64,000 nt of DNA from Azolla caroliniana (Eukaryota; Plantae; Polypodiophyta): NCBI GenBank assembly GCA_043228905.1, contig JBHGNT010000006.1, forward strand, positions 6,882,001 through 6,946,000, in the 5' to 3' direction. Shown one piece after another: positions 13,009 through 26,289 of the stretch. Made by a program: the position numbers and the translations under genes. Under the pieces are notes generated by a model, which ran no database searches, was not told the origin of the DNA, and saw only the letters and a list, made by a program, of their open reading frames with translations. Position 1 is the stretch's first letter. Every line of letters starts with the position of its first letter.

Positions 13009-13709
13009 TGACAGGAACTACACGCTCCCTTTGAACAACGCTCGGCCACAACTGAGCCTAGAATAAAACACAGAAAACAGGGAATGAAACACAACACGAT
13101 AGAGAGAAGAGTACATAGGATGTTTACGTGGAAAACCCAAACTCGGGAAAAACCACGACAGCCCACAAACCGCAAACTATCACTATGTCAGAATTTACAA
13201 TAAGAAAGCACCGAGGCCACGACCTCGAGCTTGCTATCTTCGCCACAGGCGGCGGTTACAATCAGAGGCAACAACCTCTTCCTCTCTCTCACTCTCTCTA
13301 TACACAGTTGCGCGCTCTAATCTTGCGCCAACAAGAATGACAAGCACACTCATCATAAGTTTGCCCTAAGTCATATTTATACTAATATGACTTTTCGGCT
13401 ATTTACAAATATAGCCACGATGGACTCTCAGAAACATATTTACAAATATGTCTCTTCATCCGGTTCTCACCGGGCTTGCATCATCCGGCACTTGCCGGGT
13501 ACTCATCATCCGGTTCTCACCGGGTCTGCAACATCCGGCTCTCCGTAGCTGGGTACTCATCATCTGGTTCTCACCAGGTATGCACCATCCGGCTCTTCGT
13601 AGCCGAGTACTCGTCATCCGGTTTCGGCCTCGGCCTATCGGCATCGGATGAGTTTGCTCATCAGTACTGTTCTTCTCACTTCCCATCCAGAGGGACCTAT
13701 TTCCTAACA
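13009..13709 (-). mobile_element. Copia 3' LTR (family with tgacagg end) with adjacent PPT at 13710-13724
   Basis: TG..CA termini, PPT agtgaaggggaagtt on minus and 54-bp internal repeats. Homologous to the LTR at 25597-26289. Confidence 0.85.
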
Positions 13710-13827
13710 AACTTCCCCTTCACTCCGGCATGGGATGTTTTACTAGTCCGACCCACTTCCGGCATGCATCCAACTTGTCGGGTATCAGTACTTTGGTATG
13801 CATATCTGACCCGTTATCGGCCGTGTG

Positions 13828-14599
13828 TGTTGGGAGATAGGTCCCTCCAGATGGGAAGGGAGAAGAACAGTGCCGATGAACAAACTCGGCCGAGGCCGAT
13901 AGACCGAGGCCGAAACCGTATGAGGAGGACCCGACTACGGAGAGCCAAATGGTGCAGACTCGGTATGAACCGGATGAGGAGTACCCGGCTACGGAGAGCC
14001 GGATGGTGCAGACCCGGTATGAACCGGATGAGGAGTACCCGGCTACGGAGAGTCGGATGGTGCAGACCCGGTATGAACCGGATGAGGAGTACCCGGCAAC
14101 GGAGAGCCGGATGGTACAGACCCGGTGAGAACCGGATGAAGAGAAATATTCGTAAATATGTTTTTGAGAGTCCATCAAGACTATATTTGTAAATAGCCGA
14201 AAAGTCATATTAGTATAAAGATGACTTAGGGCAAACTTTTAGTTGTGGTTGTCATTCTTGTTTGAAAAAGAATAGAGAGAGCGCGTAACTGTGCACAGAG
14301 AGAGAGAGAGAGAGAGAAAGAGGTCGTTGCCTCTGTTGTAACCGCCGCCTGTGGCGAAGATCTGTGAGCACGAGGTTGTTGCCTCAGTGAACTCACTGTT
14401 GTACATTCTTACATCGTGACAGTTTGCAGCCTGTGGGCTGCCGTGGTTTTTCGCCTAGTTTGGGGTTTTCCACGTAAACCTCCTATGTATTTTTCCCTCT
14501 TCTTCGTGTCACATTTTATTTCCTGTTTTTCTGTGTATCATTCTAAGCTCGGTTGTGAATAAGAAGCGTTGCGCAGAAGGAGCGTTTGAGTTCCCGTCA
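13828..14599 (+). mobile_element. Copia solo LTR with 5-bp TSD GTGTG, inserted in the RNase H of a minus-strand copia
   Basis: tgttggg...cccgtca flanked by gtgtg on both sides (13823-13827, 14600-14604), with 54-bp tandem repeats. Confidence 0.9.
13917..14140 (+). repeat. 54-bp tandem repeat in copia LTR U3 (also ~13460-13620, 19017-19220, 26046-26265, 57721-58000)
   Basis: Unit ccggatgaggagtacccggctacggagagccggatggtgcagacccggtatgaa, 3-5 copies per LTR. Confidence 0.9.
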
Positions 14600-17500
14600 G
14601 TGTGGATCTTCGTCAGCGTGAACTACTGGTCATCTACTCTTTCCCGTATCCAGTGATACCTTCACTGGATATACTTCGTCCGGGAATGGTAGGCCGCATT
14701 CTTAGCAAGGTGGATGGCACTTTGACTGTCGCAATAGAGCCGGTATTCATCTTGCCGGATACCGAGGTCTCCGATGAAGTCCTTCATCCATAATATTTCC
14801 TTACCGGCTCCACAGTCGCCATGTACTCCGCCTTTGTGGTTGACAACGCAACCGTCTTCTACAGCCTCGACTGCCACGAAATAGCTCCCCCTGCATATGT
14901 CATTACATACCCGGATGTAGACCGGCTGGTATCCACATCAGCCGACATGTCCGAATCAGTAAAACCGTCAAGTTGAGGTTTTCCGGAGCCGAATCGGAGA
15001 CACATATTTGAAGTGCCCTTCAAGTACCGGAGTATCCATTTGACCGCGTTCCAGTGCTCCTTGCCAGGATTGCTCATAAACCGGCTCACCACTCCGACTG
15101 CGTATCCTATATCTGGTCGGGTACACACCATTGCGTACATCAAGCTCTTGATGGTAGAGGCATATGGAACCTTCATCATATCAGCCTTCTCTGCTTTCGT
15201 TTTTGGGCTTTGCTTACCGGATAATCTGCAGTTTGCCGGGAGTGTCGTTCCGACCGGTTTCACATTTGTCATGTTGAACCGGTGAAGCACCTTTGTCACG
15301 TACTTCTCCTGTGACAGCCACAATTGCTTCACTGACCGGTTCCAAATAATATGCATCCCCAACATCTGTCTTGCCGAACCCAAGTCTTTCATTGAGAAGG
15401 TCCGGTTGAGAGCCTTCTTCAGCATCCGTATTTTGGCTTGGTCCCGTCCGACGATCAACATGTCGTCCACGTACAGAACGAGTATCAGGAAGTCGCCTCC
15501 TTCGAACTTCTTCACAAACACGCAGTTATCGGCCTGTGTCTCGCGGTACCTTTGATCGGTCATGAAGGAGTCAAAATTCCGGTACCATTGCCCGGGGGCC
15601 TGCTTCAACCCATAGAGGCTCTTCTTCAACCGGCAAACCAGGTGCTCCTTCCCTTTCTCCACGAATCCTTCCGGTTGCTGCATGTAGATCTCCTCTTCGA
15701 GGTCGCCGTGAAGGAATGCCGTCTTCACATCCAGCTGCTCTACCTCGAGGTCCATGCTTGCCGCTATACTCAACACCGTCCGGATAGAGGTCATCTTTAC
15801 TACCGGGGCAAATATCTCGTCGAAGTCCACGCCCTTCTTCTGCTAGAACCCCTTCACCACGATCCTGGCTTTGTATCTCGGGGGGTTGCCGACATCTCCC
15901 GGTTTCAACTTGTACACCCACTTGTTTCGGAGTGCCCGCTTTCCTTTCGGCAACTCCACCAATTCGTACGTATGGTTCTCATGCAGGGAATCCATCTCGT
16001 CCTGCATGGCACTTAGCCATGTTCGGCTATGGGTGTCATCCTTCGCTTCTTTGAAGCTTTCCGGCTCCCCCTCATCGGTCAGCAAAACATGCTCTACATC
16101 CGGAAATCTCCGGGGGGCCCTTCTATCTCTGAGAGGATATCTCCGTCTTTGGGCTTCGGTAGCCGGCTCCTCCATTTGCTCTTCATCCGAATCCGATTCG
16201 GGGTGTTGGCCGGTTCCAGTCTCGACTTCCTCTACTTCTTCTTCTGCCGGTTCGGTATCCTCATCGTATCCGGCTGATTCTTCGAGTGCTAACCGGTCTC
16301 TCGCCGGTTGGGTCTGCTCATCGTAGAGTCGATCCTTACCGGTCGACTCGGAGTTCATTATCTTCTTCTCTGACTCCCAGTCGGCGAGCGTCTTGTCCTC
16401 CATGAAGATAATATCTCGACTCCAGAATACCTTCTTGTCGACCGGGTCCCACACTCGGTAGCCGAACTCATCGTCACCGTAACCGAGGAATATGCATGGA
16501 CGGGTCTTTGGATCTAACTTTCCTCTCCGGTCCTTTGCTACATGCACGTACGCGAGACCCCCGAACACCTTCTGATGCCGGTAGGATACTTCCTTACCGG
16601 TCCATACTCTCTGTGGCGTGTCTCCGTCCAAGGGTACTGAGGGTGATCTATTTATCACATATGTCGCCGTCGACAGTGCCTCAGCCCAAAACTTCTTAGG
16701 TAGTGTTGCATGCACTAGCATACTCCGGACCCTCTCCATTATGGTCCGGTTCATCCTCTTGGCCAGTCCGTTTAGTTCCTGCGTCTTCGGCATGGTAAAT
16801 TCGAGCCGGATTCCCTTCGAGCGGTAGTACTCCTCGAACTGCCCCCTAGTACTCTCCTCCGTTATCTGCTCGAACTGCCTTCAGCTTCCGGCTGGTTTAT
16901 CTTTCCACTCTTGCGTGGAGCTCTTTGAAGACGGATAAGACCTGATCCTTCGTCTTCAATGGTGTGGCCCACAGCTTCCGACTTTGGTCATCTATGAACG
17001 TCACGAAGTACTGCGCTCCGGCATGTGACTTTGTGTCTACTTGACACACATCCGTATGCACCAACTCTAGTGGTGCATTACATCTCATCGGTGTCCTTGG
17101 TCAGAAGGAGGTTCGATTCTGCTTACCGGCCAGACAATCAGTGCACTTCTCTAAGTGCACGTTCTTCACTGGAATGAGGTTGTCGTCTGCAAGCCTCTTC
17201 ATCCCCTTCTCGCTCATATGACACAGCCTCTTGTGCCACAGCTCACCGGCAGTGTCAGATGCCACGTTTACTTCTTCCGGACATAACCGGGCATTCATCA
17301 GGTATAGTCTGTTGACCTTCCGGGCCCGAGCCACAATCAAGCTCCCTTTGCTGAACTTCATGACACCATTCCGGATGCTACCCGTGTAGCCTTCAACATC
17401 TAGCCGACCGGCTGATATCAGGTTCAGACGAACCTCCGGAATGTGTCGGACATCCTTCAGGAGAAACTTGCATCCGGTTGGTGTTGACAGCCACATCTCT

Positions 17501-19299
17501 CCTATGCGGACAATTCGGCATGTACCTTCGTTCCCCATCCAGACACAGCCGTGATCACCGGCTGAGTAGGATGAGAAGCATTTCCGGTCCGGGGTAAGGT
17601 GGAACGATGCTCCGGAGTCTACCATCCAGGTCATCTCGTCGCCGGCAAGGTTTATCTCACACTCCTCGGTGATGAGCGTCAACTCTTCTTCACTTGCCGC
17701 GATTGCCGTCGTTCCCTTCCGGTCCGGCCCCCTCTGGTCTTTACCGTTCCGGTCCGGGGTTTGCTTCGAATCGGTATCGCCGGTCTCCTTATCTTTTCGG
17801 AAATGCCGACAGTTCTTTTGGAAGTGTCCCGGCTTGCCGCAATAGAAGCAAGTGGGCCTCCCCCTTGACTTTGACCTTGTCCCCGACTTCTCCCGGTTCT
17901 GGGGACTACGGTTTCTATGTCCTCCGCGTTCCGCTTCGGTAAGGAGCGCTTTGGAGTCGGAGCTCGTATCTTTATCTTTCCGACGCACCTCCTCATCTAG
18001 CAAGCTCGACTTTACTCTTGCTAGGGATAGCCGCTTTCCTTCCGGCCCGGCGTTGCCCAAAGTGACAACCAACGTCTCCCAACTATCCGGGAGGGAACTG
18101 AGCAGGAGTAGCGCTAGTACCTCATCGGTGAGAGGTACTTCTATTGATGTTGCCTGCTGTATCAGCCCCTAGAAGGCATTCATGTGCTCCACCATGCTGG
18201 AGCCATCTTGGTATTGGAGTCTTAATAGCTTCCGAAATACCGAAACCTGGTTAATAGCATTTTTGTTTTGAAACATAATGTTGATTTTCTCCCACAGCTC
18301 ATGAGCCTTGCTCTCTTCATTGAAGTTGTTGTACAGGCTCGTGTCGATGAAGCACCGTATGTACGCCGTTGTCTTCATGTGCATCACCTCCCATATCGCG
18401 GCGTCGATTTTGTCCGGTCTCTTGTCCCCAAACTGAACCGGCAGCCAGAGGTCTTTAACCACGAGCATCTCCCTCATCTTCGACTTCCACACTGAATAGT
18501 TGGAGCCGGTGAGCTTGAACATGCCGCCAAACGATTCGTCCATTTTCTGTGTCGTTTTGCTCTGATACCACTTGACGGGAACTCAAACACTCGGCCACAA
18601 CCGAGCTTAGAATGATACACAGAAAAACGGGAAATAAAACGTGACACGAAGAAGAGGGAAAAATACACAGGAGGTTTACGTGGAAAACCCCAAACTAGGG
18701 GAAAAACCACGGCAGCCCACAGGCTGCAAACTGTCACTATGTAAGAATGTACAACAGTGAGTTCACTGAGGCAACAACCTCGTGCTCACAGATTTTCGCC
18801 ACAGGCGGCGGTTACAACAGAGGCAACGACCTCTTTCTCTCTCTCTCTCTCTATGTGCACAATTACGCACTCTCTCTATTCTTTTTCAAACAAGAATGAC
18901 AACCACAACTAAAAGTTTGCCCTAAGTCATATTTATACTAATATGACTTTTCGGCTATTTACAAATATAGTCTCGATAGACTCTCAGAAACATATTTACA
19001 ATATATGTCTCTTCATCCGGTTCTCACCGGGTCTGTACCATCCGGCTCTCCGTAGCCGGGTACTCCTCGTCCGGTTCATACCGGGTTTGCACCATCCGGC
19101 TCTCTGTAGCCGGGTACTCCTCATCCGGTTCATACCGGGTCGGCACCATCCGGCTCTCCATAGCCGGGTACTCCTCATCCGGTTCATACCGAGTCTGCAC
19201 CATCTGGCTCTCCATAGTCGGGTCCTATCGGCCTCGGCCGAGTTTGTTCATCGACACTGTTCTTCTCCCTTCCCATCCGGAGGGACCTGTCTCCCAACA
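14600..19299 (-). mobile_element. Ty1/copia element B: 5' LTR 18573-19299, PBS 18559-18570, gag-pol with several premature stops
   Basis: ORFs give gag (MDESFGGMFKL), CFYCGKPGHFQKNC, PR (DSGAS), IN, RT (YVDDML) and RNase H (TDSD). PBS tggtatcagagc. Confidence 0.92.
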
Positions 19300-19461
19300 C
19301 ACACGGCCGATAACGGGTCAGATATGCATACCAAAGTACTGATACCCGACAAGTTGGATGCATGTCGGAAGTGGGTCGGACTAGTAAGACATCCCATGCC
19401 GGAGTGAAGGGGAAGTTTGTTAGGAAATAGGTCCCTCCGGATGGGAAGTGAGAAGAACAGT

Positions 19462-19883
19462 CCTGCATGGCACTTAACCATTTTCGGCCGTGGGTGTCAT
19501 CCTTCGCTTCTTCGAAGCTTTCTGGCTCCCCCTCATCGGTTAGCAGCACATGCTCTGCATCCGGAAATCTCCGGGGGGGCCTTCTCTCTCTAAGAGGATA
19601 TCTCCGTCTTTCGGCTTCGGTAACCGGCTCCTCCATTGGCTCTTCATCCGAATCCCATTCGGGGTGTTGGCCGGTTCCGGTTTCGGCTTCCTCTACTTCT
19701 TCTTTTGCCGGTTCGGTATCCTCACCGTAACCGGCTGGTTCCTCGAGTGCTAACCGGTCTCTTGCCGGTTGTGTCTGTTCATCATAGAATCGATCCTTAC
19801 CGGTCGACTCGGAGTTCATTATCTTCTTCTCAGACTCGGAGTTCATTATCTTCTTCTCAGACTCGGAGTTCATTATCTTCTTC
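19462..19883 (-). mobile_element. Copia IN-RT linker fragment ending in a 3x27-bp tandem repeat (19806-19884)
   Basis: Homologous to ~16000-16370. The repeat gactcggagttcattatcttcttctca encodes ESEKKIMNS. Confidence 0.8.
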
Positions 19884-22800
19884 CATCTCGTCCTGCATGG
19901 CACTCAACCATCTGCGGCTCTGGATGTCATGCTTTGCTTCTTCAAAGCTCTCCGGCTCCCCCTCGTCGGTTAGCAGCACGTGCTCTGGTTCCGGAAATCT
20001 CCGGGGGGCCCTTCTCTCTCTTAGAGGATATCTCCGTTCCGGAGCTTCGATAACCGGTTCTTCCGATTCTTCTTCATCCGAGTCCATTTCGGGATCGGGG
20101 CCGGTTCCGGTATCATTCTCATCTTCTTCGGCCGGTTCTGTTTCTTCACCGTCTTCGGCCGGATCCTCGAGTGCTAACCGGTCCCTTGCCGGTCGGGACT
20201 GCTCCTTGTAGAGTTGATCCTCACCGGTCGACTTGGAGCTCTTCATCTTCTTCTCCGACTCCCAGTCGGCGAGTGTCTCGTCCTCCATGAAGATGATGTC
20301 TCGACTCCTGAATATCTTCTTGTCGACCGGGTCCCAGACTCGGTAGCCGAACTCATCGTCGCCGTAACCGAGGAATATGCATGGCCGGGTCTTTGGATCT
20401 AGCTTTCCTCTCCGGTCCTTTGCCACATGCACGTATGCGAGACACCCGAACACCTTCAGATGCCGGTAGGACACTTCCTTACCGGTCCACACTTTCTGCG
20501 GCGTGTCTCCGTCCAAAGGTACTGAGGGTGATCTGTTTATCACGTATGTCGCCGTCGACATTGCCTCAGCCCAAAACCCCTTGGGTAATTTCGCATGCGC
20601 CAGCATACTCCGGACCCTCTCCATTATGGTCCGATTCATCCTCTCGGCCAGCCCGTTTAGTTCCGGCGTCTTCGGCACAGTAAACTCGAGCCGGATTCCC
20701 TTCGAGTGACAGTACTCCTGGAACTGCCCCCGGTATTCCCCTCCGTTATCCGCTCGTATCGCTTTCAGCTTCTTGCCGGATTCCCTTTCCACTCTCGCGT
20801 GGAGTTCTTTGAAGACGCACAACACTTGGTCCTTTGTCTTCAGCGGTGCCGTCCACAGTTTTCGGCTATGATCATCTATGAATGTTACGAAGTACTGGGC
20901 TCCGCCATGTGACTTCGTTTCTACCTGACACACATCAGTGTGCACCAACTCCAGTGGTGCGCTACGTCTCGTCGGTGGCCTTGAATGGAAGGAGGTTCGG
21001 TTCTGCTTACCGGCCAGGCAATCGGTGCACTTCTCCAGGTGCACTTGCTTCACTGGAATAAGGTTGTCTTCTGCAAGCCTCTTCATCCCCTTCTCACTCA
21101 TGTGACACAGTCTTTTGTGCCACAGCTCACCGGCAGTGTCGGTTGCCACATTCAGCTCTTCCGGACATAACCGGGCATTCATCAGGTACAGTGTGTTGTC
21201 TTTCCGGGCCCGAGCCACTATCAGGCTCCCTTTGCTGAACTTCATTACGCCGTTCCGGATGCTACCTGTGTAGCCTTCATCGTCTAGCCTCCCGGCCGAA
21301 ATCAGGTTCAATCGAATCTCCGGAACGTGTCGGACATCCTTCAGCAGCATTTTGCATCCGGTCGGGGTTGTCAACCACACGTCTCCTATGCCGGCAATCC
21401 GGCACGTACCTTCATTTCCCATCCGAACACAGCCATGCTCACCGGTTGTGTAGGATGAGAAGTATCTTCTCTCCGGGGTCAGGTGGAACGATGCTCCGGA
21501 ATCGACCACCCAGGTCGTCTCATCGCCGGCAATGTTTAGTTCACCTTCTTCGGTGATGAGCATGATTTCTTCCTCACTTGCCGCGAGTGCCGTCGTTCCT
21601 TTCCGGTCCTGCCCTCGCCGATCCGAACCTCTCCGGTCCGTGGCTCCCCGGTATGCACCGTTTCTCTCCGGTGACTTCTTCGAATCGGTGTCGTCAGCTC
21701 CGTTGTCTTTTCGGTAATGCCGACAATTCTTTCGGAAGTGCCCCGGTTTCCCACAGTGGAAGCATGTGGGCCTTCCTCTTGACTGCGACCGGGTCCCCGA
21801 CTTCTCCCGTCTTTGCGGACTCCGGTTCCATTGTCTTCCCCGATCCGATTCGGTAAGCAGCGCCTTCGAGTCGGAGGCCGGTTCTTTATCTCTCCGACGC
21901 GCTTCTTCGTTCAAAATACTCGTCTTTACCGTTTGTAAGGACAAGTTATCTTCGGTGTAGGAGGTGCTGAGAGTCACCACCAAGTTCTCCCAGCTTTCCG
22001 GCAATGTACACATCAGGATGATGGCTTGCATTGCATCCTCCAACGGGAACTTGATCGCCGCAAGCTGATTCACGAATCCCATGAACGTGCTTACGTGTTC
22101 CACCATACTCTCGCCGTCCCGGTACTTGAGATTCACTATCTTCCTCATCAGGGAGGTCCGGTTCAACGCATTCTTCCTCTCGTAGAGGCCCGACAGCTTC
22201 TTCCACATCTCATATGCGTTGGTGTCGTTCGCCACATGTTGTAGAACGCTCACGTCGACGTATTGCCGAATGGTTGCAACGGCTTTCCGGTTCAGAAGCC
22301 TCCATTCCGACTCAAGTACCCCCTTCGGTATTTCTGACCTGTCAATCGGTTCGTACAGGTCCCGAACAATCAGAAGATCCTCCATCTTGATCTTCCAGTC
22401 GGCGTAATTCTGCGCATTCAGCACCATCATCCCCGGTTGCCCGCTACCACCGCCTTCCATTTTCTGCAGAAGTTCGCTCTGATACCAGTTTGTTGAGAAT
22501 CAACGATTCGATTCAACCTTCACCACTCGGCCACAACCGAGGAAGCGCGAATCAATGCAGCAGAAAATCGGAAACACAGAGAGAAACACACGAATACACA
22601 ACGATTAACGTGGAAAACCCTAGACGGGAAAAACCACGGGAGTACAAGACTCCAAACCAACACTATACAAAAAAGGAGTATACAATGGCGAGCTGCAAGG
22701 CGACGACCTTGAGCTCGCTGTCCTCGCCACAGGCGGCGGAAATACACAGAGGCGTCGTCCTCTTCCTCTCTCACGGTCTATCTCTCTCTCTCTCTCACGG

Positions 22801-23103
22801 CTGCTCCCTCTTCACTCCTCTTGAGTGGAAAAACAGAAAAATAATCAGCAACACCAAAATAGTTTGCCCTAAGTCATATTTATACATATATGACTTTGGG
22901 GCTATTTACAACTATAGCCTCAGGGGCCCTTAGCAAACATATTCACGGATATGTCCCTGCATCCGGATCTCTCTCCGGGTACATTCGTCATCCGGCTCCG
23001 AAGCCGGGGTCTTCATCATCCGGTTCTGAAACCGAAAACCGGGCTCGTCGGTATTCATCTCCGACATCCGACCATCCCATCCGAAGGGACCGTAATCCCA
23101 ACA
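19884..23103 (-). mobile_element. Ty1/copia element C: 5' LTR 22491-23103, PBS 22476-22487, open gag-PR-IN frame truncated before RT
   Basis: Uninterrupted 867-aa ORF with CCHC, DSGAS, HHCC and DDE. The LTR is inserted into the integrase of another copia (EYRWQF|). Confidence 0.92.
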
Positions 23104-25563
23104 GAACTGCCACCGGTATTCACCTCCGTTATCTGCTCGAACCACCTTCAACTTCCGGCCGGTTTCTCTTTCCACTCTCGCATGGAGCTCTTTGAAGACG
23201 GATTTAACACCTTATCCTTCGTCTTCAACGGTGTGGCCCACAGCTTCCGGCTATGGTCATCTATGAACGTCACGAAGTACTATGATCCGGCATGTGACTT
23301 CATATCCACTTGACATACATCAGTATACACCAACTCCAGTGGTGCATTACGTCTCATCGGTGGCCTCGATTGGAAGGAGGTCCATTTTTGTTTACCGGCC
23401 AGACAATCAGTGCACTTCTCCAAGTGCACGCTCTTCACTGGAATGAGGTTGTCGTCTGCAAGCCTCTTCATCCCCTTCTCGCTCATGTGGCACTGTCACT
23501 TGTGCCACAACTCACCGGTAGTGTCGGATGCCACTTGCACTTCTTCCGGGCATAATCGGGCATTCATCAGGTACAACGTGTTGACCTCCCGGGCCCGAGC
23601 CACTATCAAGCTCCCTTTGCTGAACATCATAACACCGTTCCGGATGCGACCGGTGTAGCCTTCGTCATCTAGCCGACCGGTTGATATCAAGTTCAGACGA
23701 ACCTCCGGAATGTGTCGGACATGCTTCAGCAGTAACTTGCATCCGGTTGGTGTTGACAGCCACACGTCTCCTATGCCCACAATTCGGCATGTACCTTCGT
23801 TCCCCATCCGGACACAACCGTGATCACCGGCTGAGTAGGATGAGAAGCATTTCCGGTCCGGGGTAAGGTGGAACGATGCTCCGGAGTCAACCACTCAGGT
23901 CATCTTGTCGCCGGCAAGGTTTATCTCACTCTCCTTGGTGATGAGCATAAACTCTTCTTCACTTGCCGCGATTGCCGTCACTCCCTTCCGGTCCAGTCCC
24001 CTCCTGTCTTTACCAAACCGGTCCGGTATCTGCTTCGAAATGCCGACAGTTCTTCTAGAAGTGTCCCGGCCTGCTGCAATAGAAGCAAGTAGGCCCCCCC
24101 CTTGACTTTGACCGTGTCCCCGATTTTTCCCGGTTCTGGGGGCTACGGTTCCTTTGTCTTCCGCGTTACGATTCGGTAAGGAGCGCTTTGGAGTCGGAGC
24201 TCGTATCCTTATCTTTCCGACGCACCTCCTCATCTAGCAAGCTCGACATCACTCTTGCTAGGGATAACCATTTCCCAGCTATCCGAGAGGGAACCGAGCA
24301 GGAGTAGCGCTAGTACCTCATCAGTGAGAGGTACTTCTATTGATGTTGCCTGCTGTATCAGCCCCTAGAAGGCATTCATGTGCTCCACCATGCTGGAGCC
24401 ATCTTGGTATTGGAGTCTTAATAGCATTTCCGGTCCGGGGTAAGGTGGAACGATGCTCCGGAGTCTACCATCCAGGTCATCTCGTCGCCGGCAAGGTTTA
24501 TCTCACACTCCTCGGTGATGAGCGTCAACTCTTCTTCACTTGCCGCGATTGCCGTCGTTCCCTTCCGGTCCGGCCCCCTCTGGTCTTTACCGTTCCGGTC
24601 CGGGGTTTGCTTCGAATCGGTATCGCCGGTCTCCTTATCTTTTCGGAAATGCCGACAGTTCTTTTGGAAGTGTCCCGGCTTGCCGCAATAGAAGCAAGTG
24701 GGCCTCCCCCTTGACTTTGACCTTGTCCCCGACTTCTCCCGGTTCTGGGGACTACGGTTTCTATGTCCTCCGCGTTCCGCTTCGGTAAGGAGCGCTTTGG
24801 AGTCGGAGCTCGTATCTTTATCTTTCCGACGCACCTCCTCATCTAGCAAGCTCGACTTTACTCTTGCTAGGGATAGCCGCTTTCCTTCCGGCCCGGCGTT
24901 GCCCAAAGTGACAACCAACGTCTCCCAACTATCCGGGAGGGAACTGAGCAGGAGTAGCGCTAGTACCTCATCGGTGAGAGGTACTTCTATTGATGTTGCC
25001 TGCTGTATCAGCCCCTAGAAGGCATTCATGTGCTCCACCATGCTGGAGCCATCTTGGTATTGGAGTCTTAATAGCTTCCGAAATACCGAAACCTGGTTAA
25101 TAGCATTTTTGTTTTGAAACATAATGCTGATTTTCTCCCACAGCTCATGAGCCTTGCTCTCTTCATTGAAGTTGTTGTACAGGCTCGTGTCGATGAAGCA
25201 CCGTATGTACGCCGTTGTCTTCATGTGCATCACCTCCCATATCGCGGCGTCGATTTTGTCCGGTCTCTTGTCCCCAAACTGAACCGGCAGCCAGAGGTCT
25301 TTAACCACGAGCATCTCCCTCATCTTCGACTTCCACACTGAATAGTTGGAGCCGCTGAGCTTGAACATGCCGCCAAACGATTCGTCCATTTTCTGTATCG
25401 TTTTGCTCTGATACCACTTGACGGGAACTCAAACACTCGGCCACAACCGAGCTTAGAATGATACACAGAAAAACGGGAAATAAAACGTGACACGAAGAAG
25501 AGGGAAAAATACACAGGAGGTTTACGTGGAAAACCCCAAACTAGGGGAAAAACCATGGCAGCC
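23104..25563 (-). mobile_element. Mosaic of copia family-B fragments, including a near-identical duplicate (~24424-25563) of ~17578-18718
   Basis: ORFs at 24418-24918 and 25015-25389 are almost identical to 17101-18072 and 18169-18543. PBS at ~25405-25416. Confidence 0.85.
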
Positions 25564-25581
25564 CATTTTCTGTGTCGTTTC

Positions 25582-26289
25582 GCTCTAATACCACTTTGAC
25601 AGGAACTACACGCTCCCTTTGAACAACGCTCGGCCACAACCAAGCCTAGAATAAAACACAGAAAACAGGGAATGAAACACAACACGATAGAGAGAAGAGT
25701 ACACAGGATGTTTACGTGGAAAACCCAAACTTGGGAAAAACCACGGGAGCCCACAAACCACAAACTATCACTATGTCAGAATGTACAATAAGAAAGCACC
25801 GAGGCCACGACCTCAAGCTTGCTATCTTCGCCACAGGCAGCGGTTACAATCAGAGGCAACGACATCTTCCTCTCTCTCACTCTCTCTGTACACAGTTGCG
25901 CGCTCTAATCTTGCGCCAACAAGAATGACAACAACACTCATCATAAGTTTGCCTTAAGTCATATTTATACTAATATGACTTTTCGGCTATTTACAAATAT
26001 AGCCACGATGGACTCTCAGAAACATATTTACAAATATGTCTCTTCATCCGGTTCTCATCGGGCTTGCATCATCTGGCACTTGCCAGGTACTCGTCATCCG
26101 GTTCTCACCGGGTGTGCACCATCTGGCTCTCCGTAGCCGGGTACTCGTCATCTGGTTCTCACCGGGTGTGCACCATCTGGCTCTCCGTAGCCGGGTACTC
26201 GTCATCCGGTTCTCACCGGGTCTACACCATCCGGCTCTCCGTTGCCGGGTACTCGTCATCCGGTTTCGGCCTCGGCCTATTTCCTAACA
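25582..26289 (-). mobile_element. Copia 5' LTR (25597-26289) with PBS (25582-25593)
   Basis: Same family as 13009-13709, with a ~60-bp deletion at a cctat microhomology. Its flank (gtctt) does not match the 13009 flank (gaggg). Confidence 0.85.

Noticed and set aside
13615-13670. Hammerhead ribozyme (CTGATGAG...GAAAC on minus) suggesting a retrozyme
   Set aside because: No convincing stem II, and sister LTRs read CCGATGAA or TCGATGAA, so the core is not conserved. No hammerhead core was seen in the Trp-element LTRs either.
13917-14140. 54-bp repeats as a CRISPR array or repeat-protein gene
   Set aside because: The units are contiguous with no unique spacers and lie inside LTRs. The long ORFs arise because 54 is a multiple of 3.
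15438-25018. Numerous antisense or overlapping ORFs over copia coding regions
   Set aside because: Shadow ORFs expected in GC-rich coding DNA, with no recognisable domains.
13009-26289. One intact copia bounded by LTRs 13009-13709 and 25597-26289
   Set aside because: The flanks gaggg and gtctt do not form a TSD, and the interior is a mosaic of several elements.
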